Origin: Planctomycetota bacterium
GTDB taxonomy: Bacteria; Planctomycetota; UBA1135; UBA2386
Direction: 5' to 3'
Assembly: GCA_046290465.1 (NCBI GenBank)
Contig: JBKAGP010000001.1
Coordinates: 1,984,001-2,048,000 of the forward strand
Length of the DNA: 64,000 bases
Below, piece after piece: positions 7,953 to 17,949 of this stretch. Every line of letters starts with the position of its first letter. The stretch's first letter is position 1. The notes under the pieces are model-generated. The model saw nothing but the letters and a program-made list of their open reading frames with translations. It made no database searches and was not told where the DNA came from. The position numbers and the translations under genes were made by a program.

Positions 7953-9836
7953 TCAGCGCTGCTCGACGAGGCGCAGCCGCTCGATCGACGGCAGCGGCTC
8001 GCCGCTGTGCACCGTCGCGCGCAGGCGCAGCCGCACGAACGCGCCGGCGCCGGCGACCACGACGTCGCGGTCGCGCGCCGCCTGCCAGCGCCCCATCCGG
8101 CCGGCGCTGGTGTCCGGGCTCTCGCCGCGGATCGGATCGGCCGGGGTGGACTGCCATTCGACCGACAGGCCGCGGCCGAGGCCACCGAGGTGCAGCGTGC
8201 CGCTGTCGCGGTGGTCGGGCAGCTGCCGCCACGGCAGCAGGCCGACCACGTCGAACGCGCTGCCCGACGCGAGCCCGGGCGTGAAGGTCGCGGGGTAGAC
8301 GCGCGACTGGCCGCGGGCGCCGTCGATGCGCGAGCCTGGCTCGCCGGAGCGGGCCTCGACCACCAGCATGGTCTGGAACGGCAGCGTGCCGCGCAGCCGC
8401 AGGTTGGCGGCGCTGGCGAGCAGCAGCGAGGTCTCGGAACCGGTGATCTCGACGTCGGCGGCGATCGTGCCGAGCACCTGCACGTCGCCGGCGGCGACGA
8501 TGCTGACCGGTGCGAGGTCGACCAGGTCGGCCACCGGCTGCGAGCCGAAGCGGCCGGTCGGCAGCGCCACGGTCGGCGCCAGCAGACGCACTTCGCCGGC
8601 GATGCGCACCCCGCCGGTGGCGCACAGGTGCACCGGCTCGCCCTGCGCGTCGATCGTGACGGTCACGCCTTCGGGCACGTCGATCTGCGAGAACGCGAAC
8701 AGCGGGCCGTTGCTGACCTGCAGCTGGCCGTCGCCGCAGTCGAACGGCTCGCCCGGGCGCAGCGTCAGGTCGCGCTGCGGGCGGAACACGCCGAGCGCGC
8801 CGTTGCCGGCCTCGACCCGGACGCGCGGGCGGATGGTCGTGCCGACGACCTCGAAGCCCGGGGCCAGCCCCGCCTCGTCGGCGAAGCCCTCGTCGGCGCC
8901 GGGCCACTCGCAGATCGGCAGGCTGCGCCCCTCGACGACGCTCCAGTAGCTGGCGGTCGCCGGCAGCGGCCGCTGGCCGCCGTAGTCCGTGATCGAACTG
9001 CCGGCGCGCACCGCGACGCTGATCCAGTCGCCTTCGGCGAGCGCGCGCGTGGTGCCGTCGGCGAGGCGCGGCAGCGCGCCGAGGTCGAGCTCGACGGTCG
9101 AGCCCGGGTGGTCGTCGATCGGCGAGGTCAGCACCCGCACGCTGCGCGGCTCGATCTCGGCCGCGGCACCGAGCACCTGGACCTGGAACGCATCGACGTC
9201 GACGGTGCTCGGCAGCAGCGGCTGGGTGAAGTGCAGCAGCAGCCGGGGATCGTCGGCCGCGACATCGAGCGGCACCTCCGAGCGGCGCACGACGAACGGC
9301 AGTTCGCTCGCGGTCGGACGCAGGATCGACGGCAGACCGGCGGGAGCCTGGTGGCGGTCGGCGACGAACACGTCGAACGTCACGGCGGCGTCGAGCCAGC
9401 GGCCGTCCGCGGCGCGGATCGAGTCGGGCCGCGGCTGGCCGGCCAGCTGCAGGCGGTAGCGCGCGCCCGGGCGGAACGAACCGTCCGTCAGGTCGGCGCC
9501 GAGCGGCGGGTCCGGTTGGAACGAGACCCAGTTGCTGCCGACCTCGAGCGTTCCGGGGACGTTGTGGCCCTGTTCGTCGAGCAGCGTCACCGAGTCCTCG
9601 GTGACCGTCATCTTGCGCAGGTCGCCCGAGAAGTAGACCGTCAGCGCGTCGTTGAGCAGCACCGGCTGCTGCGGATCCCCCAGCGCCGGCGAGGTGCGAT
9701 CGACGACCAGCGGCCGGCCTTCGTCGGCCTGCTGCCAGCATCCGCCGAGTGGCGCCGCGGCGAGCAGCGCCACGGCGGCCAGCGGCAGCGCCGGCTCGGC
9801 GCGGCGGCCGGTCGGATTCGGTCGATGGGATCGCAT
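7953..9836 (-). CDS. Large lipoprotein B' (627 aa), Ig-like (SbsA/Big_5-like) domains; paralogue of 14181-17630
   Basis: Likely start MRSHRP at 9836; lipobox PLGGC; TSP...LNDALTVYFS, FRPGARYRLQLAG and LHFTQPLLPST match the neighbouring protein B. Confidence 0.8.
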   Translation of the reverse strand: MRSHRPNPTGRRAEPALPLAAVALLAAAPLGGCWQQADEGRPLVVDRTSPALGDPQQPVLLNDALTVYFSGDLRKMTVTEDSVTLLDEQGHNVPGTLEVGSNWVSFQPDPPLGADLTDGSFRPGARYRLQLAGQPRPDSIRAADGRWLDAAVTFDVFVADRHQAPAGLPSILRPTASELPFVVRRSEVPLDVAADDPRLLLHFTQPLLPSTVDVDAFQVQVLGAAAEIEPRSVRVLTSPIDDHPGSTVELDLGALPRLADGTTRALAEGDWISVAVRAGSSITDYGGQRPLPATASYWSVVEGRSLPICEWPGADEGFADEAGLAPGFEVVGTTIRPRVRVEAGNGALGVFRPQRDLTLRPGEPFDCGDGQLQVSNGPLFAFSQIDVPEGVTVTIDAQGEPVHLCATGGVRIAGEVRLLAPTVALPTGRFGSQPVADLVDLAPVSIVAAGDVQVLGTIAADVEITGSETSLLLASAANLRLRGTLPFQTMLVVEARSGEPGSRIDGARGQSRVYPATFTPGLASGSAFDVVGLLPWRQLPDHRDSGTLHLGGLGRGLSVEWQSTPADPIRGESPDTSAGRMGRWQAARDRDVVVAGAGAFVRLRLRATVHSGEPLPSIERLRLVEQR

Positions 9837-9917
9837 GATTCGCGCCAAGGATATCGGAGGAGGGCCCGGTTGACCCGAAGGCAACCCGCGAAACGAGCGC
9901 TTGCGACGAATGCTCCA

Positions 9918-9960
9918 CAAACGCCGACGGGCCGCCCAGTTGGACGGCCCGTCTGCGGCG
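9918..9960 (-). terminator. Putative intrinsic terminator / stem-loop between lipoprotein A' and B'
   Basis: GACGGGCCG (9926-9934) pairs with CGGCCCGTC (9945-9953); followed on the minus strand by a weak TTTGT tract. Confidence 0.45.
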
Positions 9961-10056
9961 CCGGATGGCGCATCCTCCTGACGAACCGCGCGGCGGGATG
10001 GCGCGCGCGCGGTCGCAGTATGTTCAGGCGCCGGAAACGGCCTGACCGAACCGGCC

Positions 10057-13000
10057 TTACTGGCCGGGCGTCAGGCGGTAGACGACGCTCATGCTGCGCA
10101 GCGACGGCGACAGCGCCGGCGACACGTCGACGTTGTTGCTCATGACGAGGCGCAGGTTCAGGAAGCGCGGCAGCAGGCCGGTCGCCGGGTCGCGGATGTC
10201 GCTGACCTGGTCTTCCGTCACGTAGGCCGTCATGCCGTCGGCGGCGATGCGCGGGGCGGCGTTGAAGTTCGGCGTCGAGTAGCGGTAGGCCTCACACGCG
10301 TAGTTCACGTTCAGCAGGTTGCCGCGCGTGATCGTGTCGTCCGGGTTGGCGCCGAAGCTCGGGTTGTAGAGCACGTTGTTGTTGTCGAACGTCTCGCAAC
10401 CACGCATCTCGACGACCACGCCGGTGCCGGCCGGCTGCTGGGTCTGCGGCGGGTCCAGCTGGACCAGCACGTCCGACATGCGCAGGTTCGGGTTGACCGA
10501 CAGCCAGTCCGGGTAGCCCGGCAGCGCCTGCACCTGCTGGTTCTGGTCGACCAGTTCGGCGCGCTGCGGCTGCAGCGTGTCGAAGAAGCCGAACGTCACC
10601 GTCGAGACGCGACGCACGAAGTCGGCGCGGGCCCAGTAGAGCATGCCGTCGCCCGGGGGCGCCTGGAACAGCGCGGTGACCGCGTTGCCCAGCGCCGGGT
10701 CCTTGACGATGTTCTGGGCGTTGGCCTGCAGCGCGTTGGCCGGGTCCACCAGGATCTCGGCGCCGGTGATCAGGTCGAAGCCACCCGAGGCGTGCACGCG
10801 GACGCGCGGCCACGGCGGGAAACCACCGCCACAGCCACTGCCGAACGTGTCGTAGTAGCCACCGATCGAGTTGTTGACGCTCGGCGGGCCGAGCATCGCG
10901 ACCTGGAAGCCGTTGGTGGCCGAAGCGACGCCGTTCGCCGGGTCCTCCGGGAAGACCTTCATGTCGACCAGCAGCGGCAGCGCGATCGGGTCGTGGTCAC
11001 GCTGCAGGAAGCCGACGAAGTCCTCGTTGTCCATCACCCAGGTGCCCGAACCGCCCTGGAGGAACTCCGGGTCGGGACGGCTGGTGATCCACGGCGAGTC
11101 GATGTGCGCCGTGACGTCGTTGTTCGGGACGTTGGCGTTCGGGTTCTGCGCGCCACCGAGGCCGATGACGTTGCCGCTGGCGTCGACCGTGACCAGGCGC
11201 GAGTCACGCCAGGTGTAGGTCTGGTCGAAGCGCGGGAACGGCACGTAAGCGACGCCGAACTCGTCGCGGCGGACGTCGTTCGGGTTGATCGTGTAGATGC
11301 GGTCCTCGAAGACCGGCGTCATCTGGCTGCCGTCCAGCACGTTGTCGGCGAAGACGTTCGACAGGCCCGAGTTCATCGAGGCGCAGTCGAGCACACACCA
11401 CGACTCCGGCGTCGCGTCGACGACCAGCACCCAGCGCTCGTCCGCACGGGTGCGGGCGTGGCCGAGCGACATCGTGAAGCGATCGAACTCGTCGTAGAGC
11501 ACGGTCTCGTCGTTGAAGGGGCTCCAGTAGAGCTGCTCGATGTCGAGGCCGAAGTCCGACGGCTGCGTGTAGCCGAGCGAGAAGTCGTCCTCGATGTAGC
11601 GCATCTGCATGCGCGAGCCCTGCGGCTTCATCGGCTCGATGACGCGGCCCGACGGCTGCGGCAGCTGCTGGTAGTACTCGTAGACCTGCGGCACGGCCGG
11701 CGGGTTGACCTGGTCGCTCATCCGCGGCTCCCAGTAGAGCAGGCCCGGGTGCGGAGCACCCTGGGTGTCGACCGGGACCACGCCCGGCGCGCCGAGGCGC
11801 GGCAGGATCAGCTGGTTCTGGGTCGCTTCCGTGCCGGGGTAGTTGAACGGGTTGTTCGGCTCGGCCGGCGGCGGATCGCTGTTGTCGGGCTGACCCGAGT
11901 CCCAGCACTCACCGCGGTTGATGCGGCTGATGGCGGCCAGGTTGTTGTTGTTGGCCGAGCGGCGGAAGCGCACACCCGTCGCGCCGGTGAGGCGACCGTT
12001 CTCCAGGCGGAACTGGCCGAACAGGTCGACCGAGCCCGGCTGGGTGCCGTCCTCGTCCTCCGACGTGAACATGTAGGTGTGCCAACCGATCAGGTTCGAA
12101 TTGGCGGACGGATCGAGCTGGAAGTCGACCGACCAGGCCTCCTGCGGGTTCGAGATGTCGTCGAAGATCTCGAGGGTGTTGCCGGCGAGGTCGGTGATGC
12201 CCGCGTTGCCGAGACGGATGTGGGCGCTGTAGACCTCGGCCAAGCCCGCCTGGTGGGCGAAGCCCAGCTGCGGCTGCAGGCGCAGGACCGTGCCGTCGCC
12301 GTCGAGGTCCGTCAGGCGCGACGGCACGACGTGCATCGTGGCGCGCTTCGGATCGGTCATCTGCGAGCCGAACGACTGGTTCGGCTGGTCCGGCTTGGTC
12401 AGCAGCAGGTTGTCCGTGACGTCGACCTGGTCGAGGTCCATCGGCTTGTTGAACTCGAACGCGATCGACGCGTCCGGGTCGATGTCGACGCCCGGCTGGC
12501 CCGGGGCCGGCTCGATGCGCACGAACAGGTTGCGCCAGGCGCGGTCGGTCAGGGCTCCGCCGCCGACGGCGAACGGCACCTCTTCGACGTACGACGCACG
12601 CAGCGTGCAGTCCTCACCGGCCGGCGTGGTGTTGGCCTTGAACGAGACCCGGTTGCCCTCCGAGTCCCGAACCGGGCTGATGGTCGCGACGCGCAGGTTG
12701 ACGACCGGGACGGTCTCGCCCTGGCCCGAGTCGCCCGACGGCGCGTTCGGCGCCTTGCCGAGGCTCGGGTCGCCGGCCTGTGCGGTGATCGACAGGTTCT
12801 CGAGGACCTCGGCGCGGACCGTGACGGTCTCGAACAGGCCCGTCGACAGCTGCACGATGACTTCCTGCGAGATCAGGTCGCCGGCCTCGAGCGGGCGCTG
12901 CACCGGGACGGTGAGCGGGCCGAGCGGCAGGCCGGTGCTGTCCAGCGGACCGTCGACGAACGGGTAACGGGCGCGGATCGGAACGAAGTTCAGGCGCTTG

Positions 13001-14007
13001 TTGACCGTGAGCACGTTGTTGGCGGCGTCGACGCTGACGATGCCCATCGGCAGCGAACCGACCAGCTTCGGCGCCTCCGGCTCCAGCAGGCGGCCGGCTT
13101 CGCCGTCCTGCAGGTTGCCCGAACGGAAGTCGCGGATGACCGACTGGCGGCCGGCGCTGTCCACGCCGTTGAGCTCGGTGACGCCATCGCGATCGATGTA
13201 GAACGACGACAGCACCTGCCCGCGGCTCGGGATCGCGACGCGGATGTTCGCGGTCACGTTGTCGGCCGAGGTCGGCATGCCCGCCGACGTGATGCCGCCG
13301 CCGGCCTCACCACCGAGGATGGTCGTGTCCAGCACCAGCGAGTTGGTGCCGACGACCATGCGGTACGGCAGGATGCGGAACGCGTCGACCGGCTCGACGA
13401 AGTTCGGGTCGCCCTTGAACTCGAGCAGCTGCACCGCCGACGGGTTGGCCGCGAAGAAGTCGGCCGAGGCGCTGAGCGGGCCCGTGAAGGTCAGCTTGAT
13501 CGCCGCGTTGCGCGGCACGATCGGGATCGGGCGCGTCTGCGTGTTCTGGCCGCGGTACGAGTCCGGCAGCGGCACCAGGCCGGTCTGCGCGTTGCTCAGG
13601 GCCTGGTTGAAGTTCTGCTGCTCCGGGCCGGCGCGGTCGTCCCACAGGATCACCAGCTGCTCGTGGCCGACGTCCTTGTCGAACGGCAGGAACTCGTAGT
13701 TGGCGGTCGCCACCGCGTTGCCCGCGGCGTCGAAGATCGACTGCGACTCGATGCCGGGGTTGACCACGACATCCTGCGCGATCAGCTCCAGCTGACGGTT
13801 GCTGCGCAGGCGGCGGTCGCCGACGCTCGGGTCGATCCGGCGGAACGCGTATACGTCGACGAGTCGACCGATCTCGACCCTCGCCAGCGACGGGTTGTTG
13901 CCGTCCTGGCCGACCTGGCCAACCGTCGAGCTCCCGTCACATGCCCACAGGGCGGTGAGGGCGACGGCCAGTGGCCACGCTCGGAACCGGTTCTTCGCTT
14001 GCATCAT
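10057..14007 (-). CDS. Large lipoprotein A' (1316 aa), Ig-like domain; paralogue of 17950-21894
   Basis: Start MMQAKNRF with upstream GAAGG; lipobox LWAC; Big_5-like FEFNKPMD...LRLQP...GITDLAGN; collinear motifs shared with protein A. Confidence 0.85.
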   Translation of the reverse strand: MMQAKNRFRAWPLAVALTALWACDGSSTVGQVGQDGNNPSLARVEIGRLVDVYAFRRIDPSVGDRRLRSNRQLELIAQDVVVNPGIESQSIFDAAGNAVATANYEFLPFDKDVGHEQLVILWDDRAGPEQQNFNQALSNAQTGLVPLPDSYRGQNTQTRPIPIVPRNAAIKLTFTGPLSASADFFAANPSAVQLLEFKGDPNFVEPVDAFRILPYRMVVGTNSLVLDTTILGGEAGGGITSAGMPTSADNVTANIRVAIPSRGQVLSSFYIDRDGVTELNGVDSAGRQSVIRDFRSGNLQDGEAGRLLEPEAPKLVGSLPMGIVSVDAANNVLTVNKRLNFVPIRARYPFVDGPLDSTGLPLGPLTVPVQRPLEAGDLISQEVIVQLSTGLFETVTVRAEVLENLSITAQAGDPSLGKAPNAPSGDSGQGETVPVVNLRVATISPVRDSEGNRVSFKANTTPAGEDCTLRASYVEEVPFAVGGGALTDRAWRNLFVRIEPAPGQPGVDIDPDASIAFEFNKPMDLDQVDVTDNLLLTKPDQPNQSFGSQMTDPKRATMHVVPSRLTDLDGDGTVLRLQPQLGFAHQAGLAEVYSAHIRLGNAGITDLAGNTLEIFDDISNPQEAWSVDFQLDPSANSNLIGWHTYMFTSEDEDGTQPGSVDLFGQFRLENGRLTGATGVRFRRSANNNNLAAISRINRGECWDSGQPDNSDPPPAEPNNPFNYPGTEATQNQLILPRLGAPGVVPVDTQGAPHPGLLYWEPRMSDQVNPPAVPQVYEYYQQLPQPSGRVIEPMKPQGSRMQMRYIEDDFSLGYTQPSDFGLDIEQLYWSPFNDETVLYDEFDRFTMSLGHARTRADERWVLVVDATPESWCVLDCASMNSGLSNVFADNVLDGSQMTPVFEDRIYTINPNDVRRDEFGVAYVPFPRFDQTYTWRDSRLVTVDASGNVIGLGGAQNPNANVPNNDVTAHIDSPWITSRPDPEFLQGGSGTWVMDNEDFVGFLQRDHDPIALPLLVDMKVFPEDPANGVASATNGFQVAMLGPPSVNNSIGGYYDTFGSGCGGGFPPWPRVRVHASGGFDLITGAEILVDPANALQANAQNIVKDPALGNAVTALFQAPPGDGMLYWARADFVRRVSTVTFGFFDTLQPQRAELVDQNQQVQALPGYPDWLSVNPNLRMSDVLVQLDPPQTQQPAGTGVVVEMRGCETFDNNNVLYNPSFGANPDDTITRGNLLNVNYACEAYRYSTPNFNAAPRIAADGMTAYVTEDQVSDIRDPATGLLPRFLNLRLVMSNNVDVSPALSPSLRSMSVVYRLTPGQ

Positions 14008-14180
14008 GTCAGTGCCTTCGTTGTGGGGGCCGGCGGGCAAGGGCCGGCGGTTTGTCTGCGAGCCATATTGCAGCCTCGCAGGCAGGTATCGGAATCTGGA
14101 GGGATTGTGCGTGTAGCGTTCGGGAAGGTCCGTTGCCATCGGCCTGGGCGGCCGCGGCTCAGGACCTCCCCATCAGGGGA

Positions 14181-17100
14181 CTAGAACCGGAACGGCAGGC
14201 GGAGGAAGTGCAGTTCCGGACGCGGGGTCTCGGGGTTGAGGCCCGGCGGCGAATCGGCGGCGACCGCTCGGAACGCCGTGTCGAACGTCAGGTCCCACTG
14301 CACGAAGCTGGCGCCGAGCTGGCGAACCTGCTCCTGCACGGCCGGGTCCGTCAGGTCGTAGAGGAACGTGCCCTCCTGCGCCGGCAGGCGCTGCGCCGAC
14401 GGGTCGGCCGGGTTCTGGTGGAACGCGAAGCCGAAGCGGATGTTCGAGACCGGCACGCGGTTCGACGCGCTGCCGGCGTAGGTCGGGCCGAGGCCTTCGC
14501 TGCCGTTGGTCACGATCGAGAAGAACTTGGCGATGACGCGGACCTGCGTGGCCGCGACCTCGAGCGCACCCGACTCGGGCGACAGCACCAGTTCGTTCTG
14601 CGTGTGCGCCAGGATCCGGTAGCTGCCGAGCACCTCGTTGCTCGACGCGAGCAGCTGCGCCTCGTACTGGACGTAGCGGTCGTCGGTCTGCCCCATCGCC
14701 GCCGAGGCCAGCGTGACCCGGTAGGCCGGGCGGCCCAGGTAGGTCGAGTTGGCGTTGCGGTTCAGGATGCCGACCGGAGCGACGACCTCGGGGTTGACGA
14801 CGCGCGCCTGGCCCTGCACGACCTCGAACTTGGCGTAGCCGAGTGAGACGCTCGACGCGTTGTCCTCGACGCCGAGCCACTCGTACTTCGGACCGGCCTG
14901 CGCGCCCGCCTGCTCGACGATGCCGCGCGGCAGGTTGTCGTCGGCGATCAGCGCGCGGCGCGCGGTGGCGCCGGTGTCGATCCACTTCGAGCGCAGGCGC
15001 GAGGTGTTGGCGAACGGCGACGGCAGCAGCACCGGCGCCGGCCGGATCTCGCCCTCGTCCTCGTTGAGCGGGTTGACCGGCTGGCCCTGGTCGTCGACGC
15101 CGATGCCGAACGAGTTCGGGAAGCCCTGCCAGCGCAGCAGGTCGATCTTGCTCTGGCCGAGCGCCTCGATGCCGCCGGTGAAGACGCGGATGTTGTCGTC
15201 GAGCACCGTGTTGGTGTTGTCGACGCTGTTGTCCCCCGGCGGCACCATCAGCTGCACGATGCCCATGCCGCCGAAGCCGCCGAGCGGCGCGTCGTCGTAG
15301 GTCTCGACCCAGCTGTTGATGGCGATGTCGGGGTTGTAGGTGATCGCGGTGCCGCTCGCCGGGTACTTGCCCGTCACGACCGGCGGCTGGGCGCCGGTGA
15401 CGCACACGCCACCGTCGGCCGAGATCGCGAAGTCGTAGTCGTTGTCCTCGTACGAGTAGTTCAGGCCGTTGCCCGAGCTGGCGTTGATCACGATGCCCTT
15501 GGCCGACATCAGGATGACCATGCCGCCGGCACCACCGCCGCCACCGCCACCGCGGGTCGACGACGAGGACGGCTCACCACCGCCACCGCTGCCGCCGTCG
15601 GCGGTGATGCGACCACCTTCGTTGATAATGATCTCCTCGAGCGCCTTGACGATCAGCACGCCGCCGCCGCCACCGCCGCCGCCGCCGGAGCTGTCGTTCT
15701 CGAAGTTCGGGTCGGTGACGCCGCAGTCCGAGTTGTACGACAGGTCGCCGCCGCCGCCGCCACCGCCGCCGCCGATCGGGACCGACAGCTCACCGGTGAT
15801 GCGGAGGTTGGTATCGTAGCGAACACCGACGCCCCAGAAGTTGTTGTCGTTGCGGGCATCGACGAACACCGTCGGACCCGGGACCGCGCCCTCGAGGCTG
15901 CGGGTCGGGCGACCGGTGTCGCCTTCGCAGCCCTGGCCGCCGACGCCCGTCTGCTGCTGGAACACCGGGAACGGGTTGACCGGGGCCGGGTTGCCGGTGC
16001 CGATCGGGACCGTGCCCGCCGGCTGGATCTGCTGCTTGAAGCCCGGGTCCCCCTGGGTCGCGAGCGAGCCGCCACCGCCACCAGCGCCGCGGCCACAGCC
16101 AGCGGTGCACGACAGCGCGCCGCCGCGGCCACCCTGGCCGGCGGCCTGCAGCGGGCCGTTGCCGGTCTCACCGGCGAGGTCGCGCTCGGTCGCGCTCGGC
16201 GAGCCGGCGCCGCCGTCACCGCCGCCACACACGCCCGCGCCGCCGCTCTTGGCGACGTTGGCGTTGCCCGACGTGTTGACGCGCTGGCCGTCGCCACCGC
16301 GGACCGACAGCGTGCCCGAGACCTCGAAGGTCTCCGACACCAGCCAGACCATCGGGTTGGTGCCCTGGCCCTGGACCGTGCGGCCGGCCGGGATGTTGAC
16401 GCTGCGGAAGTTGAAGACGCCGCCCGAGACGTTGAACGGCGAGCCGTTCTTGGGCTGGACCAGCGTGAAGTCCGTGTTGAGCACGGTCATCGGCGCGGTC
16501 GGCTCGAACTCGGCTCCGGTGACGTTGCCTTCGAAGTCGAAGCCCGCCTTCAGGAAGCCGGGGCCGACTTCGCCGACCGGCTCCGAGAACGCGGCGGTCA
16601 TGTCGACGTTGGAGGTCGCCAGGAAGTCGTCGACCAGGCCGTCGAACTGCTGCTCGTAGGCGCGGCGCGTCTTGAAGGTCGCGAAGATCCGCTCGTAGGC
16701 GACGTTGGCGACGTTCGACTCACCGGAGATGTCCTCGAGGGTGCGCTCGACGACGACGCGGATGGTCGCGTTGTTCGGCAGCACACCGAGCGGACGCATG
16801 ACCAGCGTGGCGCCGTCCGAGGCGTTCGTCTCGAGCTCGACGTCGGCCGGGATCCAGACGTTGTCGCCGAACTCCGGGTCGTCGTACTCGAGGAACACCC
16901 GGCCGCGGCTGTTGCTGTTGCGCGTCAGCGGGTCGGTCTGGATCGCGGTCGGCACGTTGGTGCTCGACGGGTTGAGCGGCTGGTCGAAGCGCAGACGCAG
17001 CTCGACCGGGGCCGCGCCCAGCTTGTTCAGCACGACGCCGGTGGTGTCCGGCGTCGGGGTGACCTCGAACGCCGTCCGCCTCGGCCCGCCCGGCGCCGTG

Positions 17101-17630
17101 TTGCGGAACAGCGCCGACGGCGTCGTGCCGTCGGCCGTCTTGAAGCGGAACGTGCGCGGCAGCGCCAGCGCCTTGCCGCCGACGTCCCGCAGCACCGTGC
17201 CGTTGTTGCGGTTGCCCCCCACCAGCTGCACCTCGTAGGTGCGGCCCGGGCGGAAGCCGCCGTTGGTGTAGAGGTTGTTGGTCGGCAGCACCGGCACGAA
17301 GCGCAGACGACGGCCCGCTTCCGTGTCACCCGGACTGGTGCCCAGCTCGAAGCGACCGGCGACCGGTTCGGCGACCGGCTGCCCGATCTGGTCGAAGACC
17401 TGGAACGTGAAGGTCGACAGGTTGACCGAGTCGAGGTTCACGCGGTTGCTGAAGTCGATCCGGATCGGGTCGTTCAGGAACAGTTGGCCGTTGTCACTCG
17501 GCTCGGTGCTGAGGACGACGAAGTCGCCTCCGGTCTTGACGCCCCCGGTCGAGCCACCGCCGCCGCCACAGGAGGCGAGAGCAGCCAGAACGGCCAGGGA
17601 GAACAGTCGGGTGGTGGACACTCGAGTCAT
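14181..17630 (-). CDS. Large lipoprotein B (1149 aa), two Ig-like domains plus glycine-rich region
   Basis: Start MTRVSTT; lipobox LASC followed by a Gly linker; STEPSDN...LNDPIRIDFS, FRPGRTYEVQL, LRFDQPLNP...LEDISG; poly-Gly tracts. Confidence 0.85.
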   Translation of the reverse strand: MTRVSTTRLFSLAVLAALASCGGGGGSTGGVKTGGDFVVLSTEPSDNGQLFLNDPIRIDFSNRVNLDSVNLSTFTFQVFDQIGQPVAEPVAGRFELGTSPGDTEAGRRLRFVPVLPTNNLYTNGGFRPGRTYEVQLVGGNRNNGTVLRDVGGKALALPRTFRFKTADGTTPSALFRNTAPGGPRRTAFEVTPTPDTTGVVLNKLGAAPVELRLRFDQPLNPSSTNVPTAIQTDPLTRNSNSRGRVFLEYDDPEFGDNVWIPADVELETNASDGATLVMRPLGVLPNNATIRVVVERTLEDISGESNVANVAYERIFATFKTRRAYEQQFDGLVDDFLATSNVDMTAAFSEPVGEVGPGFLKAGFDFEGNVTGAEFEPTAPMTVLNTDFTLVQPKNGSPFNVSGGVFNFRSVNIPAGRTVQGQGTNPMVWLVSETFEVSGTLSVRGGDGQRVNTSGNANVAKSGGAGVCGGGDGGAGSPSATERDLAGETGNGPLQAAGQGGRGGALSCTAGCGRGAGGGGGSLATQGDPGFKQQIQPAGTVPIGTGNPAPVNPFPVFQQQTGVGGQGCEGDTGRPTRSLEGAVPGPTVFVDARNDNNFWGVGVRYDTNLRITGELSVPIGGGGGGGGGDLSYNSDCGVTDPNFENDSSGGGGGGGGGVLIVKALEEIIINEGGRITADGGSGGGGEPSSSSTRGGGGGGGAGGMVILMSAKGIVINASSGNGLNYSYEDNDYDFAISADGGVCVTGAQPPVVTGKYPASGTAITYNPDIAINSWVETYDDAPLGGFGGMGIVQLMVPPGDNSVDNTNTVLDDNIRVFTGGIEALGQSKIDLLRWQGFPNSFGIGVDDQGQPVNPLNEDEGEIRPAPVLLPSPFANTSRLRSKWIDTGATARRALIADDNLPRGIVEQAGAQAGPKYEWLGVEDNASSVSLGYAKFEVVQGQARVVNPEVVAPVGILNRNANSTYLGRPAYRVTLASAAMGQTDDRYVQYEAQLLASSNEVLGSYRILAHTQNELVLSPESGALEVAATQVRVIAKFFSIVTNGSEGLGPTYAGSASNRVPVSNIRFGFAFHQNPADPSAQRLPAQEGTFLYDLTDPAVQEQVRQLGASFVQWDLTFDTAFRAVAADSPPGLNPETPRPELHFLRLPFRF

Positions 17631-17949
17631 GGCGCTATTGCGAGCTGGACCGACCCATGTCGGTCCTGCCGTGAAATCTAGGGCGGGAGAGGGTTTCCAA
17701 GGGCGAAGCCAACCCGAGTCTACCCCACGCAAAGCACATACGGCGCACGGACGTCCGGCCGGAGAGCCGCTCGTTGCGTTGCATCGTTGCCATGGGGAGG
17801 TGCTCGCGTCGCAGCGCGAGAGCGCGACGCAAAAGGGGACTCGGGGGGAGAAGGCTCGGCCCTCGGGGAGGGGCCATCAGGGGAATGGGAAGGTCAGGAG
17901 TTGCGGCCGATCGCGCGCTGGGGAGAACGCGCGACCGGGGTCGCGCCCC

